Of a stretch of 33,225 nt of DNA, positions 30,510 through 33,225 are shown in pieces. Below the pieces are notes generated by a model, which was not told the DNA's origin, ran no database searches, and saw nothing but the letters and a program-made list of their open reading frames with translations. The stretch is from an uncultured candidatus Brocadiaceae bacterium (lineage in GTDB: Bacteria; Planctomycetota; Brocadiia; SM23-32). Position numbers and translations under genes: made by a program. The first letter of the stretch is position 1, and each line of letters opens with the position of its first letter. Where the stretch lies: positions 1 through 33,225 of the forward strand of contig CAYUDW010000012.1 in NCBI GenBank assembly GCA_964442595.1, read 5' to 3'.

Positions 30510-31634
30510 TCACGATGCATCGCATACCGCACGCAAGACGTCCCTTACGTAGTCCTCGTCGACGGGCGTGGGATTCGCTTTTCCGGAGCCGCTGCTGACC
30601 GCGTAGTCGATGATGCGCCCCTCCCAGTCCGCGTCCGGATAGGGGCCGAGCGAACGCGGCAGGTCCAGCTCGCCGAGCAGGCCGCGAAGCACGTCGAGCG
30701 GATCTCCGCCCATTGCCTCGCGCAGCCGTTCGTGCTTCTCGGGCACCGTCCGCTCGTTCGTCTCCAGCACGGGCGGCATCAGCACGGCGCACACGACGCC
30801 GTGGGGCAGACCGTAACAGAGCCCGACGGGATGGGCCAGGCCGTGCACGGCGCCGAGCCGCGCGCTGCCCAGCGCCAGACCGGCCATGTAGCTGGCTTCC
30901 GACATGGCGGAGCGCGCCGCAATGTCCTGCCCGTCATGGAAGGCCGCCGGCAGGTTACTGACGGCGAGCCGCACGGCGCCGAGCGACAGTGCCTCGGTGG
31001 TCGCGATGGCGTGCACGGAGAAGAAGGACTCGATGGCCTGCACCAGGGCGTCCATGCCCGAGGCTGCCGTCACGCTCGGCGGGCAGGTCAGCGTCAGCTC
31101 CGGGTCCGTAATGGAGACCGTGGGCATGACACCGTCGTGGCGGATGCTCTTCTTGACGTGCGTCTCGGGATCGGTGATGACGCCGTTGCGCGTGACCTCG
31201 GCGCCGGTGCCGGCGGTGGTGGCGATCGCAATGTGGGGCAACCCGCGCCGCGCTATCTCGCGCCCCCGATGGAACTGGGCGGCGGGAGCTTCCTCGCGGG
31301 CCAGCGCAGCGGCCACCTTGCCCACGTCCATCACACTGCCGCCGCCGGCCTCCACCAAAATGTCGCAGCCGCCCTCCCGCGCTCGCTCGCGAGCGGCATC
31401 CACGGTGGCCAGGTCCGGTTCCGGCGGCACCTCCTCGAAGAGCTCGACCTCCAGGCTGCCGGCCTGAAGCAGGGAGATCAACCGTTCGGTAATCCCGGCC
31501 TCCCGCAACGCTTTCCGGCCGGTCACCAGCAGGGCCCGCGAGCCGCGTGCGGCTGCCTCGGGCTCAAGTGCATTGACCGTGCCGCGGCCGACGTGCGAGA
31601 CTCCCGGAAAGTTGAGCCGCAGAGATTCTCCCAT
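30510..31634 (-). CDS. iron-containing (group III) alcohol dehydrogenase family protein
   Basis: 374-aa ORF with GGGSVMDVGK, the nucleotide-binding loop TTAGTGAEVT, and the metal-binding His region GAVHGLAHPVG...PHG. Confidence 0.85.
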   Translation of the reverse strand: MGESLRLNFPGVSHVGRGTVNALEPEAAARGSRALLVTGRKALREAGITERLISLLQAGSLEVELFEEVPPEPDLATVDAARERAREGGCDILVEAGGGSVMDVGKVAAALAREEAPAAQFHRGREIARRGLPHIAIATTAGTGAEVTRNGVITDPETHVKKSIRHDGVMPTVSITDPELTLTCPPSVTAASGMDALVQAIESFFSVHAIATTEALSLGAVRLAVSNLPAAFHDGQDIAARSAMSEASYMAGLALGSARLGAVHGLAHPVGLCYGLPHGVVCAVLMPPVLETNERTVPEKHERLREAMGGDPLDVLRGLLGELDLPRSLGPYPDADWEGRIIDYAVSSGSGKANPTPVDEDYVRDVLRAVCDAS

Positions 31635-31691
31635 GCGTCGGCCCTCCGTGTGTTTGCCTGGCGCCCGCCTGGGGGGAAGGTTTCGGCGCGC

Positions 31692-32201
31692 CTAGCCCGC
31701 GATCTCCTCTGCCCCGGCGGGGGACGCCGCGTCGACGTCTTCGGGCACGGGCAGCACGTCGAGCTTCACGCCGGCCTGAAGCAGCATGTCGCGCGCGAGC
31801 GGGTCGGGGTATTCGACGGCCGCCACCACGCGCACGATGCCCGTGTTGATGATCATCTTGGAGCACAGGCTGCACGGCACGTGCGTGCTATAGAGCGTGG
31901 CGCCGTCCATGCGGATGCCGTGCCGGGCGCCCTGGAGCAGGGCGTTCATCTCCGCGTGCAGGCCCCGGCACAGCTCGTGCCTCTGCCCGCTGGGGACGTG
32001 CAGTTTCTCCCGCAGGCAGCCGGTCTCGGAGCAATGGGGCAGGCCGCTCGGCGCGCCGTTATAGCCCGTCGCGAGGATCCGCTTGTCCAGCACGACGACG
32101 GCGCCGATGCTGCGCCTCAGGCACGTGGCGCGCTTGGCGACCTCATGCGCGATGCGCATGAAGTACTCGTCCCAGCTCGGCCGCTCGTCCCTTCCTCCCA
32201 T
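31692..32201 (-). CDS. dCMP deaminase / ComEB-type cytidine-deoxycytidylate deaminase
   Basis: Track ORF trimmed to [27 protein letters not shown] (cat at 32199-32201, GGGAGGAG upstream). The Zn-binding motifs HAEMNAL and PCSLCSKMI are present. Confidence 0.88.
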   Translation of the reverse strand: MGGRDERPSWDEYFMRIAHEVAKRATCLRRSIGAVVVLDKRILATGYNGAPSGLPHCSETGCLREKLHVPSGQRHELCRGLHAEMNALLQGARHGIRMDGATLYSTHVPCSLCSKMIINTGIVRVVAAVEYPDPLARDMLLQAGVKLDVLPVPEDVDAASPAGAEEIAG

Positions 32202-32225
32202 CGTCGCCTGCTCCTCCCGATCCGT

Positions 32226-32254
32226 TAGATATGCCAAAGCGCGCGTCTTCTCAA
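32226..32254 (-). promoter_or_regulatory. weak candidate internal promoter (TTGAGA-17 nt-TATCTA) upstream of the dCMP deaminase gene
   Basis: On the minus strand the -35 lies at 32249-32254 and the -10 at 32226-32231, in a locally AT-richer intergenic stretch. This is a motif match only. Confidence 0.25.
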
Positions 32255-32286
32255 GCGAAACGCCTGGCCGCACCGGCGCCCCGACC

Positions 32287-33225
32287 TCAGCGCTCTTCGC
32301 CGAGCAGGGCCGCGATCTTGCTCGCATCCGGCTCACGAATCACGCCCAGCTCCGTGATGATGGCCGTGATGTTGGCGGCCGGCGTGACGTCGAACGCCGG
32401 ATTGTACACCTCGATGTCGTCGGGGGCGATCACGCGGTTGCCCCACCGCGTGATCTCCTCCGGGTCGCGCTGCTCGATGGGTATCCGGCTGCCGTCGGCG
32501 AGGGAAAGGTCGAACGTGGAGGCAGGCGCCGCGACGTAGAACGGGACCGCGTGCTCGCGCGCAAGGACGCTGAGCCCGTACGTGCCGATCTTGTTGGCCG
32601 TGTCCCCGTTTGCGGCGATGCGGTCCGCGCCGACGATGACGGCGTCCACCGCTCCCTTGCTCATCACGTGGGCGGCCGTGCTGTCGCAGATGAGGGTGAC
32701 CGGGATGTCGGCCCGGCGCAGTTCCCACGTCGTCAGGCGGGCGCCCTGCAGCAGCGGCCGCGTCTCGTCTGCGTAGGCCGAGACCCGTTTGCCCTGTTCC
32801 TTCGCGGCGAACAGGACGGCCAGCGCCGTTCCGTAGTCCGCCGTGGCCAGTCCCCCCGCGTTGCAGTGCGTGAGCACGCAGTCGCCGTCGCTCAGCAGTT
32901 CAGCCCCGTTGGCGCCGATGCGCCGGCAGACGTCCCTGTCTTCCTCCAGGATGGCCAGTGTCTCCTGGAGCAGCCGCTCCTTCAGCTCCGGCAACGGAAG
33001 CCCGGCGTCTTGCTGCGCGACTTCCGCCATCCGCCCCAGGGCCCAGAACAGGTTGACGGCCGTCGGCCGGCTGCTCTCGAGGTAGTCTCTGACGGCGCGC
33101 AGCTCGCCCAGGAACTCCTCGAGGTCAGCGGCCACGGAATTGCGCACGCCGAGCACCAGGCCCATCGCGCCCGCAATCCCGATCGCCGGGGCGCCGCGGA
33201 CCCTCAGCGACTTGATCGCCTCCCA
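32287..33225 (-). CDS. mtnA: S-methyl-5-thioribose-1-phosphate isomerase (eIF-2B alpha/beta/delta-like family), 5' end outside the window
   Basis: The frame stays open to the window edge. The last 60 nt read [20 protein letters not shown] in frame before the track's Met. [24 protein letters not shown] and [18 protein letters not shown] are present. Confidence 0.88.
   Translation of the reverse strand, partial: WEAIKSLRVRGAPAIGIAGAMGLVLGVRNSVAADLEEFLGELRAVRDYLESSRPTAVNLFWALGRMAEVAQQDAGLPLPELKERLLQETLAILEEDRDVCRRIGANGAELLSDGDCVLTHCNAGGLATADYGTALAVLFAAKEQGKRVSAYADETRPLLQGARLTTWELRRADIPVTLICDSTAAHVMSKGAVDAVIVGADRIAANGDTANKIGTYGLSVLAREHAVPFYVAAPASTFDLSLADGSRIPIEQRDPEEITRWGNRVIAPDDIEVYNPAFDVTPAANITAIITELGVIREPDASKIAALLGEER

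Overview
This is a GC-rich bacterial chromosomal window. Gene order and the sequence flavour of beta-prime and EF-G suggest a Planctomycetota-like lineage, but that is inference only.

**Core cluster (1957-18865, minus strand).** One uninterrupted translation/transcription super-cluster runs in this order:
- tRNA-Thr(UGU), tRNA-Tyr, tRNA-Gly, tRNA-Thr(GGU)
- tuf, rpmG, tRNA-Trp, secE, nusG
- rplK, rplA, rplJ, rplL
- rpoB, rpoC, rpsL, rpsG, fusA

A RACo-like 2Fe-2S/ASKHA gene (6-1859) follows on the same strand.

**Right-hand 14 kb.**
- A divergently transcribed DprA-like gene and a PfkB sugar kinase.
- rpsT preceded by a TPR protein.
- A five-gene plus-strand run: Gfo/Idh/MocA oxidoreductase, MoxR AAA+ ATPase, FAH-family hydrolase, MtlD-like polyol dehydrogenase, and glycerophosphodiester phosphodiesterase.
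- A minus-strand run: mtnA (5' end cut by the window edge), dCMP deaminase, Fe-alcohol dehydrogenase, def, fmt, a DUF116-like Cys-rich protein, and smpB.

**Start codons.** Many track ORFs carry spurious N-terminal extensions. I trimmed them to internal starts supported by family N-termini and Shine-Dalgarno motifs. rpmG (49 aa) is missing from the track and was found by hand.

**Verdict.** I see no mobile element, CRISPR array, defence-like or toxin-antitoxin cassette, or compositional island. I do not find convincing evidence for a new multi-gene system. This is essentially a conserved housekeeping region.

The modest leads are:
- the DUF116-like gene wedged into def-fmt-X-smpB
- an EF-G in the str operon that looks non-canonical in domain IV
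- a 16-bp perfect hairpin between rpmG and tRNA-Trp
- a 190-nt promoter-bearing non-tRNA spacer inside the tRNA cluster
- an (AGA)5 rare-codon run at the 5' end of rplK
- an orphan MoxR ATPase embedded among small-molecule enzymes

All family calls rest on motif recognition by eye, not on searches.
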